This document shows, piece after piece, positions 43,537 through 59,419 of a DNA stretch of 64,000 nt. The stretch is from Eledone cirrhosa (taxonomy: Eukaryota): positions 100,750,001-100,814,000 of the forward strand of contig OZ024743.1 of NCBI GenBank assembly GCA_964016885.1, written 5' to 3'. Numbering within the stretch: the first letter of the stretch is position 1; every line of letters starts with the position of its first letter. A program made the translations under genes and the position numbers. Under the pieces are notes generated by a model. The model ran no database searches and was not told the origin of the DNA. It saw only the letters and a list, made by a program, of their open reading frames with translations.

Positions 43537-44140
43537 TCACCAGTTGGTGCTACTGGTAACATGTATCCCAGTACAACCTGTCTCATGGTCGGGTCGTTGG
43601 CGACTAAACTGGCAACCCCACCAAGGTTTCTTGGTGAGTAGAGTGACTTTGGACATGCTGCAGGACTAAAAACAAAACCTGTCAAAGGGCAAAGGAGCTC
43701 TTAAGAGTCAATGGCCATCCAAAATCACCGGGAGAGATGACCCCTTAGCCTTTGTCAAGGCAGAATTCTAGGAGAAGGAAAACTCTGATATAACACCTGC
43801 AACCCTGATGGTATCCAATGATGTTGACTTGTTCTTCTTTTTGGTAAATATCATCTTGGTTAAGAGAGTGGGACTGGCTTTGTGCAGTGCCTTTGCTCAC
43901 TATAAAAGCTTCACGGCACAGGCATTGGTTTATATCTGGAGATCTCTCTGCACTTATCATCACATGGTACCATGGGCCCAGCACTATGTGTCAATAATTG
44001 TCACAAGTGTAGTGTTTGTACCAGAGTTTTCAAGTCGCTGGCTGGACTAGAATTCCACACTCGTTCAGCGCACCGGTAGGGGTTCTCCTACATGGATATA
44101 AAGTAGTGGCCGTACTCGAAAACGAGTTGGCAGCCACCAT
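43537..44140 (+). mobile_element. About 600-bp non-autonomous element with an RTE-like 5' UTR segment, copy 1
   Basis: Near-identical to 50838-51440 with the same ends; contains ctaggagaaggaaaactctga, which I recall from RTE-type 5' UTRs; flanked by microsatellites. Confidence 0.65.
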
Positions 44141-44371
44141 GTATATGTATGTGTGTATGTGTATATGTATGTGTGTATATATGTATGCTTGTATGTGTGT
44201 ATATATGTATGTGTGTGTGTATGTATATGTATGTATGTGTGTGTATGTGTGTGTATGTATGTATGTGTGCGTATGTATATGTATGTATGTGCGTATGGGT
44301 GTGTGTGTGTGTGTGTTGTATCTGTTTCTCGCTCACCATTTTGTACTTATATTTTTCTTTATTACCTTTGT

Positions 44372-45490
44372 AAAATATTACAATGGCAAAACCTCAAGTA
44401 CTAACACATCCTTACAAATATTACAATAGCAAAACCTCAAGTACTAACACGTCCTTACAAATATTATAATAGCAAAACCTCAAGTACTAACACATCCTTA
44501 CAAATATTACAATAGCAAAACCTCAAGTACTAACACATCCTTACAAATATTACAATAGCAAAACCTCAAGTACTAACACGTCCTTACAAATATAATAGCA
44601 ACACCTCAAGTACTAACACATCCTTACAAATATTATAATAGCAACACCTCAAGTACTAACACATCCTTACAAATATTATAATAGCAAAACCTCAAGTACT
44701 AACATATCCTTACAAATATTATAATAGCAAAACCTCAAGTACTAACACATCCTTACAAATATTATAATAGCAAAACCTCAAGTACTAACACATCCTTACA
44801 AATATTACAATGGCAAAACCTCAAGTACTAACACATCCTTACAAATATTACAATGGCAAAACCTCAAGTACTAACACATCCTTACAAATATTATAATAGC
44901 AAAACCTCAAGTACTAACACATCCTTACAAATATTACAATGGCAAAACCTCAAGTACTAACATATCCTTACAAATATTATAATAGCAAAACCTCAAGTAC
45001 TAACACATCCTTACAAATATTATAATAGCAAAACCTCAAGTACTAACACATCCTTACAAATATTACAATGGCAAAACCTCAAGTACTAACACATCCTTAC
45101 AAATATTATAATAGCAAAACCTCAAGTACTAACACATCCTTACAAATATTATAATAGCAAAACCTCAAGTACTAACACATCCTTACAAATATTACAATAG
45201 CAAAACCTCAAGTACTAACACATCCTTACAAATATTATAATAGCAAAACCTCAAGTACTAACACATCCTTACAAATATTATAATAGCAAAACCTCAAGTA
45301 CTAACACATCCTTACAAATATTATAATAGCAAAACCTCAAGTACTAACACATCCTTACAAATATTATAATAGCAAAACCTCAAGTACTAACACATCCTTA
45401 CAAATATTATAATAGCAAAACCTCAAGTACTAACACATCCTTACAAATATTACAATGGCAAAACCTCAAGTACTAACACATCCTTACAAA
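44372..45490. repeat. 43-bp minisatellite, about 26 copies (ataatagcaaaacctcaagtactaacacatccttacaaatatt)
   Basis: Period 43 (cctcaagta at 44392, 44435, ...); no unique spacers. Confidence 0.97.
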
Positions 45491-46526
45491 ATATTTACAC
45501 ACACACACACATATCTATATATATCACACACACACATATCTATACATATCACACACACATTTATCTATACATATCACACACACATATAGCTATACATATC
45601 ACACACACACATTTCTATACATATCACACACATATATCTATACATATCATACACACACACACACATATCTATACATATCACACACACACATATCTATACA
45701 TATCACACACATATCTATGCATATATATACACATATCTATACATATCACATACACACACATATATCTATACACATATACACACATAGATCTATACACATA
45801 TGATACACACACATATCTATACACATATACACACACATATCTATACACATATCATACACACATATCTATACATATACACACACATATCTATACACATATA
45901 CACACACACTTCATATAGATATTACAGGTGTATAGAGAGAGAAAGGAAGAGAGAGGGAAAGATTCTATTCATATGTGTGTGTCTATGTGTATGTGTGTGT
46001 ATATGTGTGTGTGTGTCTATGTGTGTCTCTATGTATATGTCTATGTGTGTGTGTGTGTGTGTGTGTCTGTGTGTTTCTATGTATATGTCTATGTGTGTCT
46101 ATGTGTATGTGTGTGTATATGTGTATGTGTGTCTATGTGTGTGTATATGTGTATGCGTGTGTGTGTGTCTCTATGTATATGTCTATGTATGTGTGTGTCT
46201 GTGTGTGTCTATGTGGGTCTGTGTGTGTGTCTATGTGTGTGTCTATGTGTGTGTGTCTATGTGTATGTATGTATGTGTCTATATGTATGTCTATGTGTGT
46301 GTGTCTATGTGTGTGTGTCTATGTGTCTATGTGTGTGTGTCTGTGTGTGTTTATGTGTGTGTCTGTGTGTCTATGTGTGTGTGTGTCTATGTGTGTCTAT
46401 GTGTGTGTCTATGTGTATGTCTATGTGTGTCTATGTATGTGTGTGTCTATGTATGTCTGTCAAATAGTTGAACCACTCCAGATTGCACTGAAATTGTTGC
46501 AGATGAATAAATGAATCGATGATAAG

Positions 46527-46952
46527 GTGACGATGGTGATGGTGATGGTGATGGTGATGGTGATGATGGTGATGATGGTGGTGATGGTGACGATGATGGT
46601 GATGGTGACGATGGTGATGGTAATGGTGACGATGGTGATGATGATGATGGTGATGATGGTGATGGTGACGATGGTGATGATGATGATGGTGATGGTGATG
46701 GTGACGATAGTGATGGTGACGATGGTGATGGTGACGATGGTGATGGTGATGGTGACGATGGTGATGGTGACGATGGTGATGGTGACGAAGGTGATGGTGA
46801 TGAGGGTGATGGTGACGATGGTGATGATGGTGATGGTGATGGTGACGATGGTGATGGTGATGGTGATGGTGATGGTGACGATGGTGATGGTGATGGTGAT
46901 GGTGACGGTGACGGTGACGGTGACGATGGTGATGGTGATGGTGACGACGATG
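46527..46952. repeat. (GATGGT)n/(GAC) simple repeat
   Basis: Read directly; source of the spurious poly-His and poly-SP ORFs. Confidence 0.95.
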
Positions 46953-47379
46953 ATTTACATGTCGGCAAGATTTGTTAGCATGAAAGCAGCTTATATAGTC
47001 TTGGATCTGTGTTTTATGCTGTTGTACGCTCTTCTGAAGAGAAAGGCCGTTGGGAAATAAACTTCCGGTGACGTCCATTGAACTAGTATGGCTGCAGATA
47101 TTAGGTGGCCGCGTCTTTTCATGTTGTAAATAGGAAAAGGCTAGGTTTTTGTAATGGACCCAGCCACAGCAAACACTTCAAATGGAAAATAACAGTGTAT
47201 AGTTGTGTGTGTATTATATAGCGGAACACACACATACACATGCATCATCTATATATAGGTTTTCACACACACACTCCTCTCTCCCTCTCATATATGTGTG
47301 TGTATGTACGTGGGAGAGAGAGAGATGTGTATGCATATATTTATATATTTACGTTATACACACACACACACACATATAT

Positions 47380-47413
<34 letters not shown>

Positions 47414-47494
47414 ATATACATTCAAATCAAACGGTTTCAATTTTATATATAAATATATAGATATTTTTTTGCATATGCAATATGTACACACACG

Positions 47495-47570
<76 letters not shown>

Positions 47571-47617
47571 TATATTTACATATACATTTGCATATACATA
47601 TATACATATATACATAT

Positions 47618-47648
<31 letters not shown>

Positions 47649-47817
47649 TTTATATGTGTGTGTGTGTGTGTAAAGATGAAAAGGCATGTGCAGGGTGGTA
47701 TAAATGCATATGTTAAAAGAAAATCAAAGTCAGAATGAAATGACTGGCATACACACACACGTATACACACACATATATATACACACACACACATATATAT
47801 ACATACACACATATCTA

Positions 47818-47940
<123 letters not shown>

Positions 47941-49425
47941 TTATATAAATATATACATACACATATATATTTATATATATATTATATATATATATTCACA
48001 CATATATATATATTTGTACATACACACGCACATATATATACACACACACACATATGTATATACACATACACACATATATAAATATATTTATATATATATA
48101 TACACACACACATATATATACTCACACACACACATATATATATATACTCACACATACATATATATATATACACACACATATATATATATACTCACACACG
48201 CATATATATATATACACATATACATATATATACATACACATATATATATATTTATGTATATATATATACACACACATATATATATTATATATATATATTT
48301 GTAAATACACACACACACACACATATATAAACACAGACAATATATACTCACACACACACATACATATATACATATATATACTCACACACACATATATATA
48401 TATATACTCACACTTATATATATATACACACACATATATATATACTCACACACACACGCACACATACATATATATATATATATACACACACACATATATA
48501 TACTCACACACATATATATATACACACATATATATACTCATACACACACACACATACATATAAATAGTCGGGCACACTCACACGTTTATAGAATATGATA
48601 TTAAATGAAACACCAGTTAATTACTAAATATAGTGAGGAGTTAGTAGCAAGTCGGCTTAGTTTATTGTTTTAGTTGTAATAATTGTTTCTACTTTTAGGC
48701 ACAAGGCCAGCAATTACCCCAGTGCATTACTGGTACTTTATTTTATCGACCCCGTAAGGATGAAAGGCAAAGTTAACCTCGACGGGATTTGAATGTTGGT
48801 GAATGGTGTTCTGGGAGATAGAGATAGGTAGACAGATAGAGAGAGAGAGAGGGGGGGGTGAGTGGAGGAGATAGACATATAGAGAGAGAGCGGGGGTGAG
48901 TGGAGGAGAAAGATAGATAGGCAGATATGGAGAGAGAGAGAGTGAGTGAGTGAAAGAGAAAGATAGACAGATAGAGAGAGTAAAAGAAATAGGAAAATTT
49001 ATAATGAATTCTAATAATGAAGAATGTGATGACGAAACATTGACGAACAAAGTAGAGGGGGGGATATGGAGGGAGGAAGGGAGTGAGGGAAGAGAGGGGT
49101 ATGGAGGGGAGGAAGAGAGAGGGGTATGGAGGGGAGCGAGAGAGAGGGGGTTGGGAGGGGAGGAAGAGAGAATGAGAGAGAGAATTTTAAAGTTAAAAGT
49201 TAAGAGATGTCGGAAGATGATCAGAGGAAGAGAAAGATAGAGCTGACAATATAGGGAGGAGGTGGAGGAGAAGGGAGAGGAGCAGGAGGACGAGGGATTA
49301 GATAGACTAAGACCAGTGAAGGAGGAAACAGCATATAAAAAAGAAGAGCAGAGAGAGAGAAAGAAAGCAAGAGGCTGTGTAAGAAATGGAGGGAGAAAAG
49401 GAGAGAAACATCCTACATCTTTCAG

Positions 49426-49489
<64 letters not shown>

Positions 49490-49491
<2 letters not shown>

Positions 49492-49682
49492 CAAAGGAAT
49501 TGTGGTAAGGAACCAGATGGACCATACCGCACCAGAGTACTCAATACTTAGGGTAGTAGAGTGGGAAATAAGAAAAAGTATGACCCCGACGGCAGAGCTC
49601 AAGCCGTTTCGACGGCTATTTCTGAGTCCAGAATTAGCCGTCGAAACGGCTTGAGCTCTGCCGTCGGGGTCATACTTTTTCC

Positions 49683-49683
<1 letters not shown>
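49490..49683. mobile_element. Family A pLTR fragment with fold-back palindrome between (TA)n tracts
   Basis: Arms about 49570-49623 and 49628-49683; 3' hammerhead half on both strands. Confidence 0.8.
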
Positions 49684-49757
<74 letters not shown>

Positions 49758-50049
49758 TGAGAGATAGATAGATAGAAATTGGTGGAGAGCTACACAGACT
49801 TGTAGATAAATAAATAAATTAGAGTAGAAATACTAATAGATAGATAGGTAGATAGATAGATATATTGATGGACAGATAGATATAATTAGATAGATAGAGA
49901 GAGAAAGCAAAAGAAATAGACAGGTAGATAAAGACGGGAGTAGATTAGAGAGAGAGACAGCTTGAGTGGGAATTAGATGGAAATGGTATAATTTTCAAGT
50001 GAAATAGAAAGATTAGATGAAGAAGAGGGTGATAAAAGGGTGATTATAT

Positions 50050-50086
<37 letters not shown>

Positions 50087-50169
50087 CTCAGAAACTATAT
50101 AACAAATATGAAAACAGCAACTTTGAACTTATCTTTTGATATATAAACACACACACACATATGTATATA

Positions 50170-50298
<129 letters not shown>

Positions 50299-50757
50299 TA
50301 TAAAAGAGAGAAACGAAGCCTTTGAAGCTAAACGAGTTCAGAGAAGTTGCGCCATGCATTTGTATGTGTAGATGTGTATGTGTTCATATAAAGTAATACA
50401 TATGTGTGTGTGCGTGTATGTATATATATATATATGTGTGTAATATACTATGTTTTAAATTATATGGCCTGTAGTTTCCAGATACACACACACATTATAT
50501 ATATATATATATATGCGTAGAAACATGACACATTTATAGTTGTGTGTACGCGCGCACCCATCGGGATCGGCTTTTCTTTGAAACATGTTATATTGAAGGT
50601 TAGCCCTGGTTATTCTCATAGTTCAGTTCACGGCTGCTGTATCTATATTGCTATTTTAGTTTGCATTTTGTTAATAAAGTTTCAGTAGTAACAATGTATA
50701 GTTTCTCGTCAGTTAACAATACATTAACCATAAGGATACATTGTAGTGTGTGTATGT

Positions 50758-50831
<74 letters not shown>

Positions 50832-50837
50832 GTCAGG

Positions 50838-51439
50838 TCACCAATTGGTGCTACTAGTAACATGTATCCAAGTACAACCTGTCTCATGGTCGAGTCGTTG
50901 GCGACTAAACTGGCAACCCCACCAAGGTTTCTTGGTGAGGAGGGTGACTTTGGACATCCTGCAGGACTAAAAACAAAACCTGTCAAAGGGAAAAGGAGCT
51001 CTTAAGAGTCAATGGCCATCCAAAATCACCGGGAGAGATGATCCCTTAGCCTTTGTCAAGGCAGAGTTCTAGGAGAAGGAAAACTCTGATATAACACCTG
51101 CAACCCTGATGGTATCCGATGATGTTGACTTGTTCTTCTTTTTGGTAAATATCATCTTGGTTAAGAGAGTGTGACTGGCTTTGTGCAGTGCCTTTGCTCA
51201 CTATAAAAGCTTCACAGCACAGGCATTGCTTTATATCTGGAGATCTCTCTGCACTTGTCATCACATGGTACCATGGGCCCAGCACTATGTGTCAATAATT
51301 GTCACAAGTGTAGTGTTTGTACCAGAGTTTTCAAGTCGCTGGCTGGACTAAAAAGTCACACTTGTTCAGCGCATCGGTAGGGGTTCTCCTACATGGATAT
51401 AAAGTAGTGGCCGTACTCGAAAACGAGTTGGCAGCCACC

Positions 51440-51440
<1 letters not shown>
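50838..51440 (+). mobile_element. Same 600-bp element, copy 2
   Basis: Collinear with 43537-44140. Confidence 0.65.
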
Positions 51441-51512
<72 letters not shown>

Positions 51513-51678
51513 ATACAGTAACGAACTGCGTTCTGATTTCGAATACCTCGGAAGTCAACTTTCATATTTTAGTACTAGAGTTGATTTTCTCTCCTTCTCT
51601 AGAAGGGATGAGTTCCATTTTAAATGCTCAAAGACAGGAATAAACATTTTGAAAATCCAACAGAAGCAGCAGAGGATA

Positions 51679-51721
51679 ACTGTCTATGTATTTCGAGCTT
51701 AATGGTTCTCATCAGGACAAT
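51679..51721 (-). ncRNA. Minimal type I hammerhead (family E), slightly decayed
   Basis: Minus: attgtc-CTGATGA-gaac-cattaa-gctc-GAAA-taca-TA-gacagt; 6-bp stem I, one mismatch in stem II; lies in a (TA)n-flanked island 51510-51880. Confidence 0.7.
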
Positions 51722-51881
51722 GCTTTCCCCTTGATTACTGAGACAGGCGAAAATATATGCATTTATCGCCTGTGTAGGTGGGCTGATTAGCCTCATTTGC
51801 ATACGAAGCTGTAAAAATTGGTTCAACTTAAAATAGAATTAAAAGTTAGCTTCGACATGTATTGTGAATTTTGTATATCTA

Positions 51882-51948
<67 letters not shown>

Positions 51949-53436
51949 GCACGTGTTTTTTTTCAAGCATTAAATTAATATATTTCTTCATTAATGGTCC
52001 GACAGTAAAGAGATCGATAAAAATAAATACCAAACTTACTATTGGGGTCGATATGATTGACAAAAATATATAACTATAAACAGGAAGAAGAACCAAGTTT
52101 TCAATACAATGAACTATACCCCCTTCCATTGCTCAAACATCCTAACTTGAAGTTTTATATTATTATAAAATACATGGAGGTCTTGAATCCTAATTAGCTA
52201 CACCGGAAGTGAATAGAACTGATGATTTGTATGACGGATGATCACCTCTGATCACAACAGGTCACTCAATTGACCAACTCACTGTTCCATGGGCTCAATA
52301 AAAAGGTGTTTTATTATTTAGAGTCAGATGAGAAGGCAGTAGATTGGTAGTATCGGTAGAGTGTCGGTCAACATGCTTTGTGGTATATAGTTTAGGTTCT
52401 GAGTTCAAATATCGCCGATGGTAGCTTTGCCTTTCAACCTTACAACTTCAATACATAAAGTACCAGCAACGCATTGGGGTAGATTTAATCAACTTTCCTC
52501 TCCCCTGCAAATTGCTAGCCTTGTGCCAACTATTATTTAGTCAGATGAGGGTGGCAGTATCGGTAGTGCCCTGGATGAAATGTATTACAGTATTTCGTTA
52601 CGAATCTCTACGATCTGATTTCAAATCCTGCCAAGTTGAACCTTATCTTTTATCCTTCCAACCCTGGGATAGGTCGCGTGTTGTGTTCTTGAACAAAACA
52701 CTTCATTTCACGTTGCTCTAGTATAGTCAGCTGAAAATGAGTACCAGCAATAGTTGGGGGTTTAACCCTGCGATGGACTGGCGTCCTGTCCAGGGGGGGA
52801 GTCATGTACTCTCAGTCACTTCATGCCATGACGCCGGGTCTAACGAGACTTCAGACTTATGACAGACTGTAGAGATTAAGTCCCAGTAAAGTATTGAGTC
52901 GGTATAATCTACCCCCACCCTCTTCGTTTAAAGTTGTTATTCTTGTGTTTAAGAGACTATTATTTAGTGAGATGAGAAAGACGTGGAGGAAGTTGAGGAG
53001 GAAAAGGAGTGGCAGCACCTGTGAAATGTCTGCCCCCCCCCTTTTTTTTTTATAAAAAAAATTATATTTACTCTTTTACTGATGTCAGCCATCAGACTGT
53101 GGCCATGCTAGGGCACCACCGTGAAGTTTCTCGTTCCCTGTACCAGTGAGTAAGCAAGAACAGATGTTACCATTAGCGCCAACGGAGCGTTAACACGAGA
53201 TGAAACTTATTTAACACGCCATAGAGCATATACATTATTTAATGTTATAATATATATCTTTAGCCTTGCTTTAAAACAGTTTTGAGGCAATTACAACCCG
53301 TAAAGAGAACACACACAAGTTCAAAGACAAACTCAGTACGATCCGAATTCAAAGCATCAAGGGAAGTAACTGAATGCCGCAAGAACCTAGTCAAGCACTT
53401 TAACATGTATATATATAAATATATACATACATAAAC

Positions 53437-53576
<140 letters not shown>

Positions 53577-54966
53577 TATATAATCATACCCTTAACGTAA
53601 GTTTCGGGGAGATTAAGCTTGACACTTGCCCAAAATGCCACACAGTGGGGTCACACTCGGGATCATATGATTTCAAAGCATACTTCTCAACTTTTCAGCT
53701 ATGCTGCGTCCTCATTAGACCGGTTAATGGCGAATGTGATATCTTAAAAAGTTTCCATGTACCGAATGTCACTCCACCAAATTATGACAAATGACACTTT
53801 CACAAGAAGTCAAACAGTGGGATCGAACTTCGGACTTTATGATTGCGTTCTTAACCACCCTTTTTGCTGTGACACACAGCACGAGCTGCATTTCGTATTT
53901 GTGACCAATTCTTGCATATTTTTCTAGATTTCGGTAGATTTTTATAGATTTATTCTTGGTGTTGTGACCCATTTTGTTTATCTTGCAACCCACTAATGGG
54001 TTGGAACCCGCAGTTTTAAATCCCTAGAAAATATGTAACACATCAGGGTATCATGTTATCCTTGGACGGAGGAAACATAACTCTTGCAAGAATGCTTTAC
54101 AAAAGATATATAAAGATTAGAAGCAAGGCAAGCTGAAGTAAAGTATGAAGTTGAAGATCCTGGCATTTTAAAAAATTAACAATGGCAAGGATCTTTATAG
54201 CAACTGACCAAATATTCCTTATAGTAAAGTCTAAACAAGCCTGAACTTCGATGATAAAGCGAATATCTCTCAAAGTCATTAAGCACAGCCATTCACGCAC
54301 CAAATACACTCACACACAAACGTATACTAATACGTTTGTGAGTGTGTACACATACATATATACACACAGATACACAAGCATTTTATATAAATGTATATGT
54401 ATGATACATATGTACAAACACAGGCAACAGAAATAGAAATATATATGTATGTGCGCACGCACACATGTACGTACATAATGATTGGCGGAATTTAAAAGAC
54501 TTATTTTTCTCCCAACTCACTCTCATCTTACCCATATAATCTATCTTTTAAGCAAAGACAAAGGCTCCAATATTTATCCATTAAGTACATTCCACCTGAC
54601 TGAATATCTGCTGATATTGCCTCTGGCAAAATATATCTCTTCAGATGGCTTTTTTTTTTTCAAGGCAGTAATGGCGGTAATGTCGAACTATGCTTTTTGA
54701 AACATGAAAGCCACAGGTTTCTTTTAACTTGCTGGCGACTAGGGCGCAAAAGAGCAGCTAATAGTAACATAACATGAGAAAATTGCTAAATCCTCCCTTC
54801 TACAGTTTATTCCCAGTATATATATATATATATATACACTTATGTATATATGAGTGCATACGTATACGCATATTTGTATGTTCATACATAAGTATACGTA
54901 TAATTGTACACATACATATATATACATACATGACAAGTGTATGTGTGTATTTATATTTATATCCAT

Positions 54967-55014
<48 letters not shown>

Positions 55015-55098
55015 AACATATACTGTATATATAATATAAACACACATATATATATAATATAAACATATATATATATAATATAAACATATATATACATC

Positions 55099-55166
<68 letters not shown>

Positions 55167-55726
55167 CATGCACGTTCACACATGCAACATAAACAGATAT
55201 AAATATAAATACATATACACACATATATATATATATGTATGTACAGTTATATGTAGACCTATATAGTGCGTGTGTTTGTGCAGTAGGGGGTAATATAGAT
55301 GATCATATATTCTAACCACATCTCCATCACAGCGTTACAAATTGCTTAACTTCTACTTTCTATTAAATGTAATATTCACGCCAGGAACTGTAAAGCTGTA
55401 TATTCCTATTTTAAAGTACTTATGACACTTATGTGTATGCGTGTGTGTATTCGTACATAGATATACATACATATATACATGCATACATATATACATACAT
55501 ACATATATACATACATGTATACATATATACATACATATATACATGCATACATATAAACATACATACATACGTACACACACACATACACACACACATACAC
55601 ACACACACACATATTATATATATTCAATGTGTATGTATAAAAAAAATGTACGAAACTCAAACGCAGAAATAATTGTAAATACAGTCGGTTGCTATAAATA
55701 ATAGCCTAGAAAATTGGATAAAATAC

Positions 55727-55872
55727 CCTTACAGGCGTAGAAAAGGGGCCAGTACCACTACAGACGTAGAAAAGGGGCAGTACCCTTACAAACGTAGAAA
55801 AGGGGCCAGTAGCCTTACAGACGTAGAAAAGGGGCCAGTAGCCTTACAGGCGTAGAAAAGGGGCCAGCAGCC
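55727..55872. repeat. About 29-bp tandem repeat x5 (ccttacagacgtagaaaaggggccagta)
   Basis: Read directly. Confidence 0.9.
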
Positions 55873-57715
55873 GTTATGAAGAATCAAACTTCGTATCTTT
55901 TGGATGTCGGTTGGCTGCTGTAACCATCAAGCAAAACAAACTCTGAGTTTCTTATATTTTCTATCAACTCCACAACTCCTTCGAAAGTTCGATGCTTTAC
56001 ATACAATGTTATTTACATTTAAAAGCTTTCTAATTTGGAAAGCTTTGTTACTGAACTTTTTTTTATCTGACGTCAAAAAGATGGAAAGCAAGGTTGACTT
56101 TGGTGGAATTTGTTATCTTCTTATGAGGTGACAGTGTCGAGGATTTGAACAGGACACTGCCAACTCCACTTACCAATGGAGATCAATGTGGATTATCACT
56201 CGAAAATAATTTCCTGTCATGATTTTGGCACTTTTCCTTAATAATGTTTTCTGATTTAGGCACAAGGCTAACAATTTTGGTGGGGGTGGGGGAGTCTATT
56301 AAATCGACCCCGTAAGGATGAAAGGAAACGTTGATTTTGGCAGGATTCAATAATATTAACAATCCTATAACTTCTCCTCTTCCTCTTTCCTTCTCTTCTT
56401 CTTTTTTCATTCTCTTCCTCTCCCTCCTCGTAGCAGCAGATGTTAAATTGGATCAAAGCATTCAAGTGTGACAGTTTTTCAGCTGTCCGTCAGTTTCGGA
56501 GTTTACCATAAAAAAAGGCTTTTCTCGACGTTGTTTCTCTTTGAAACATCAGAGTACTTTGTACATCTGCTTACATCCATATTACTAACTCAATCACATT
56601 CTGTTCCCATTTTATTGACAGATTAAGGCGATGGGTTTGTAGTACGGTAGAGCATCGGACAAACTGCATTGCGATATTGAGTTACGACTTTCTACTACCC
56701 GCTCCCACGCAAATTACTGGCCGTGTGCCCATGCTAAAAACAACCCATTTAAGTATAGAAAATAAATACCCCAGTGTTGAACTGCTGAAATTTGAACTCA
56801 GAATGTAAAGAGGTGTAATTAAATAGTGCAAGGTCACTACTACTAATATTAGTTTCAAATAACCATTTCTAACATAAGCACAAGACCAGATATTTTGGAG
56901 GGCAACGTCAGTCGATTATATCAACTCCAGTACTTGACAGGCAAAGATTTTCCTCGGTGGGATTTGAACTCATGGAGGGACGTAATTAGATACTGCAAAG
57001 CATTGTGTATGTCACTCTACTGGTATTACCAACCCACTACCTTCAGTTTCAAATGTTGTTGTTGGACCTTCCGTCAGTTTCGACGATGAGTAGCGTTCCA
57101 CTTGTTTGATAAACGGACCACACCTGCTCGTGAAATTAATGTACAAGTGGCTGAGTATTCCACAGATACGTGTACTCTTAATGCAGTTCTCGTGGAGAGA
57201 TTCAGAGTGACACTGTGCGACAAAGTTGGCTCTTTGAATTACAGGTACAACTAATTTTTGTCAGTTGAATGGACTAGATCAACATGAAATAAACTCAAAG
57301 CCTTGATCACACGCGATTTCAAAAAGTTTCAAATAATGGTTTCTAATTTAGTTGGGCACAAGGACGGCACATGTTTGTGGGTGAGGGGACATTGGATCAA
57401 GCACAGTACGGAAGTGGTACTTTATTGACTCCAGTGGGATTCGAAATCAGAACGTAAAGAGCTGGGGGAAATGTTGGTTTCTAATTTAGACACTTTCCCT
57501 CCTCCATTTGCGGAGAGGGGAAGGTGAATATGTCGACTCCTGAAATTGAATGTTACTTTGTTTTATCGACTGACCACGGTGAGATTTGAACTAAAATCTT
57601 AAAGAGATGTAATTAACCACCACAAGGCATTTTTTCTGCCATTCTACTAATACTTGTTTCTACTTTAGGCACAAGGCCAACTAATACTGCCAACCAAACT
57701 CTTTCAGTTTCAAAT

Positions 57716-57893
57716 AATTGTTTCTACTTTTGGCACAAGGCCAACAATTACTCCAGTGCATTACTGGTACTTTATTTTATCGACCCCGTAAGGATAAAAG
57801 GCAAAGTTAACCTCGGCAGGATTTGAACTCAGAATGGCGAGTGCCGTAACTCTATGCGTCAAAGCATGGCGTCCGACCCTCTACCGAAACCGC
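57716..57893 (-). mobile_element. tRNA-derived SINE
   Basis: Matches the family. Confidence 0.85.
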
Positions 57894-58569
57894 CTTTCAG
57901 TTTCAAATAATGATAACGGAACTTCACGGCAAACCCTAGTATTTATTTATTTATTTTTTTTTTGTGAAAAGAAAACTCTAAAAAGGAAGAAGAAAAAGAC
58001 AAAAACCGTCGATTTGACCAATCAGACAACTTTAGAAATACTGTTATCAATTATCAAGTTAACGGTTACCTCTGCCCTTCACTCATCGCTCCTTCAACAC
58101 TATCATCATACTCCACACCCCTCCACACCACATAACACACAACGGTTCTGGTTCGAATGCTCTTTAATGTTCTTTCATTGAATGTTATCGAAGTTGCAAT
58201 CTGACACACCCCACCACCACCATACTACTTACCACCACACCCCACTACTACCAATTGCCTTCAATCTAATATGCCACCAACCCCATCTGTTGTTCCCTTC
58301 CTTCTCTTTATTCCATCGGCTCCTTTACACTCCTCACGCTTTCTATATCCCGCCATACGCCCTATCACTTTTGCTGTTTGCCTTTTTAATAAGGGGAACC
58401 AATTATTTGCAATGCATTTTGAAGTCGTAATGAATGCAAACCCCCACCCGGGCTGCAACACATCACCGAACCACCCACACGCCTATAATTCAAACAAACT
58501 CGCTTCTAAGGACTAGGAAATAGTATTGGCAGTGGTTGCGGTAATGGTAGTCAATGGGGATTGTGAGAG

Positions 58570-58985
58570 TAGTAGTAGTGGTGGAGGTGGTGGTGGTTGT
58601 GGTGGTGATGGTGGTAGTGGTGGTGGTAGTGGTGGTGTTAGTGGTGGTAGTGGTGGTGGTGGTGGTAGTGGTGATGGTAGTGGTGGTGGTGGTGATGGGG
58701 GGGGGGGGTGATGGAGGTGGTGGCGGTGGTGACGGTGATGGTGGTGTTAGTGATTGTTGTGATGGTGACGGTGGTGGTGGTGCTACTGGTGGTGGTGGTA
58801 GTGGTGATGATGGTGTTGGTGTTGGTGGTGGTGGTAGTTGTGAGAGTAGTAGTGGTGGTGATGGTGGTTGTGGTGGTGGTGGTGGTGGTGATGGTGGTGG
58901 TGATGGCGGTGGTGTTGGTGGTGGTGGTAGTTGTGAGAGTAGTGGTGATGGTGGTGGTAGTGTTGACAGTAGTGGTATGGGTGTG
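58570..58985. repeat. (GGT)n-rich simple repeat
   Basis: Read directly. Confidence 0.95.
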
Positions 58986-59419
58986 GGTACCCAATAGTTA
59001 GAACAGTTGTCTACAACTGAATGGCGAGAAGGAGGCATACTGGAAAGAGAATTTTGTTTTAATGGCTGGTCTAAACAACACAACTGATTCATATACTTCA
59101 TACTTCGGCCACAGGATCAATTCCTGGAGGAGAAGAGGGGGAGAACCAATCGAATTGACCGACGAAAGAATAACGAAGAGAAAAAAAAAAAGATGAAATA
59201 AATAACAAACGGAACAAAAGAACAATGGGAATAGGAAGAACAATAAAAAAGAAGAAAACAAGAAAGGTTTTGAGAAAAAAGTGGGTGGAGGCTGTTTTGA
59301 AAAATTAAATTTATAGCTCACACCTATACAGGCTTAGCTCGCTTGCTATGAGGTTTATCTCAGGAAATTCTGCTTTACACAACAGAACACTGAACTAAAT
59401 TTAATCTAGTGCCGCTAAG

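Noticed and set aside
43537-43615. HDV-like ribozyme at the 5' end of the RTE-like element
   Set aside because: P4-like and P2-like pairings exist, but P1, P3 and L3 could not be assigned.
44372-45490. CRISPR-like array
   Set aside because: Head-to-tail 43-bp units with no unique spacers and no cas genes, in a eukaryotic context: a minisatellite.
46431-47078. Poly-His or Ser-Pro protein; also the Pro/Thr/Gly ORFs at 7483-8448 and 58490-59101
   Set aside because: Simple repeats open in several frames with no splice context.
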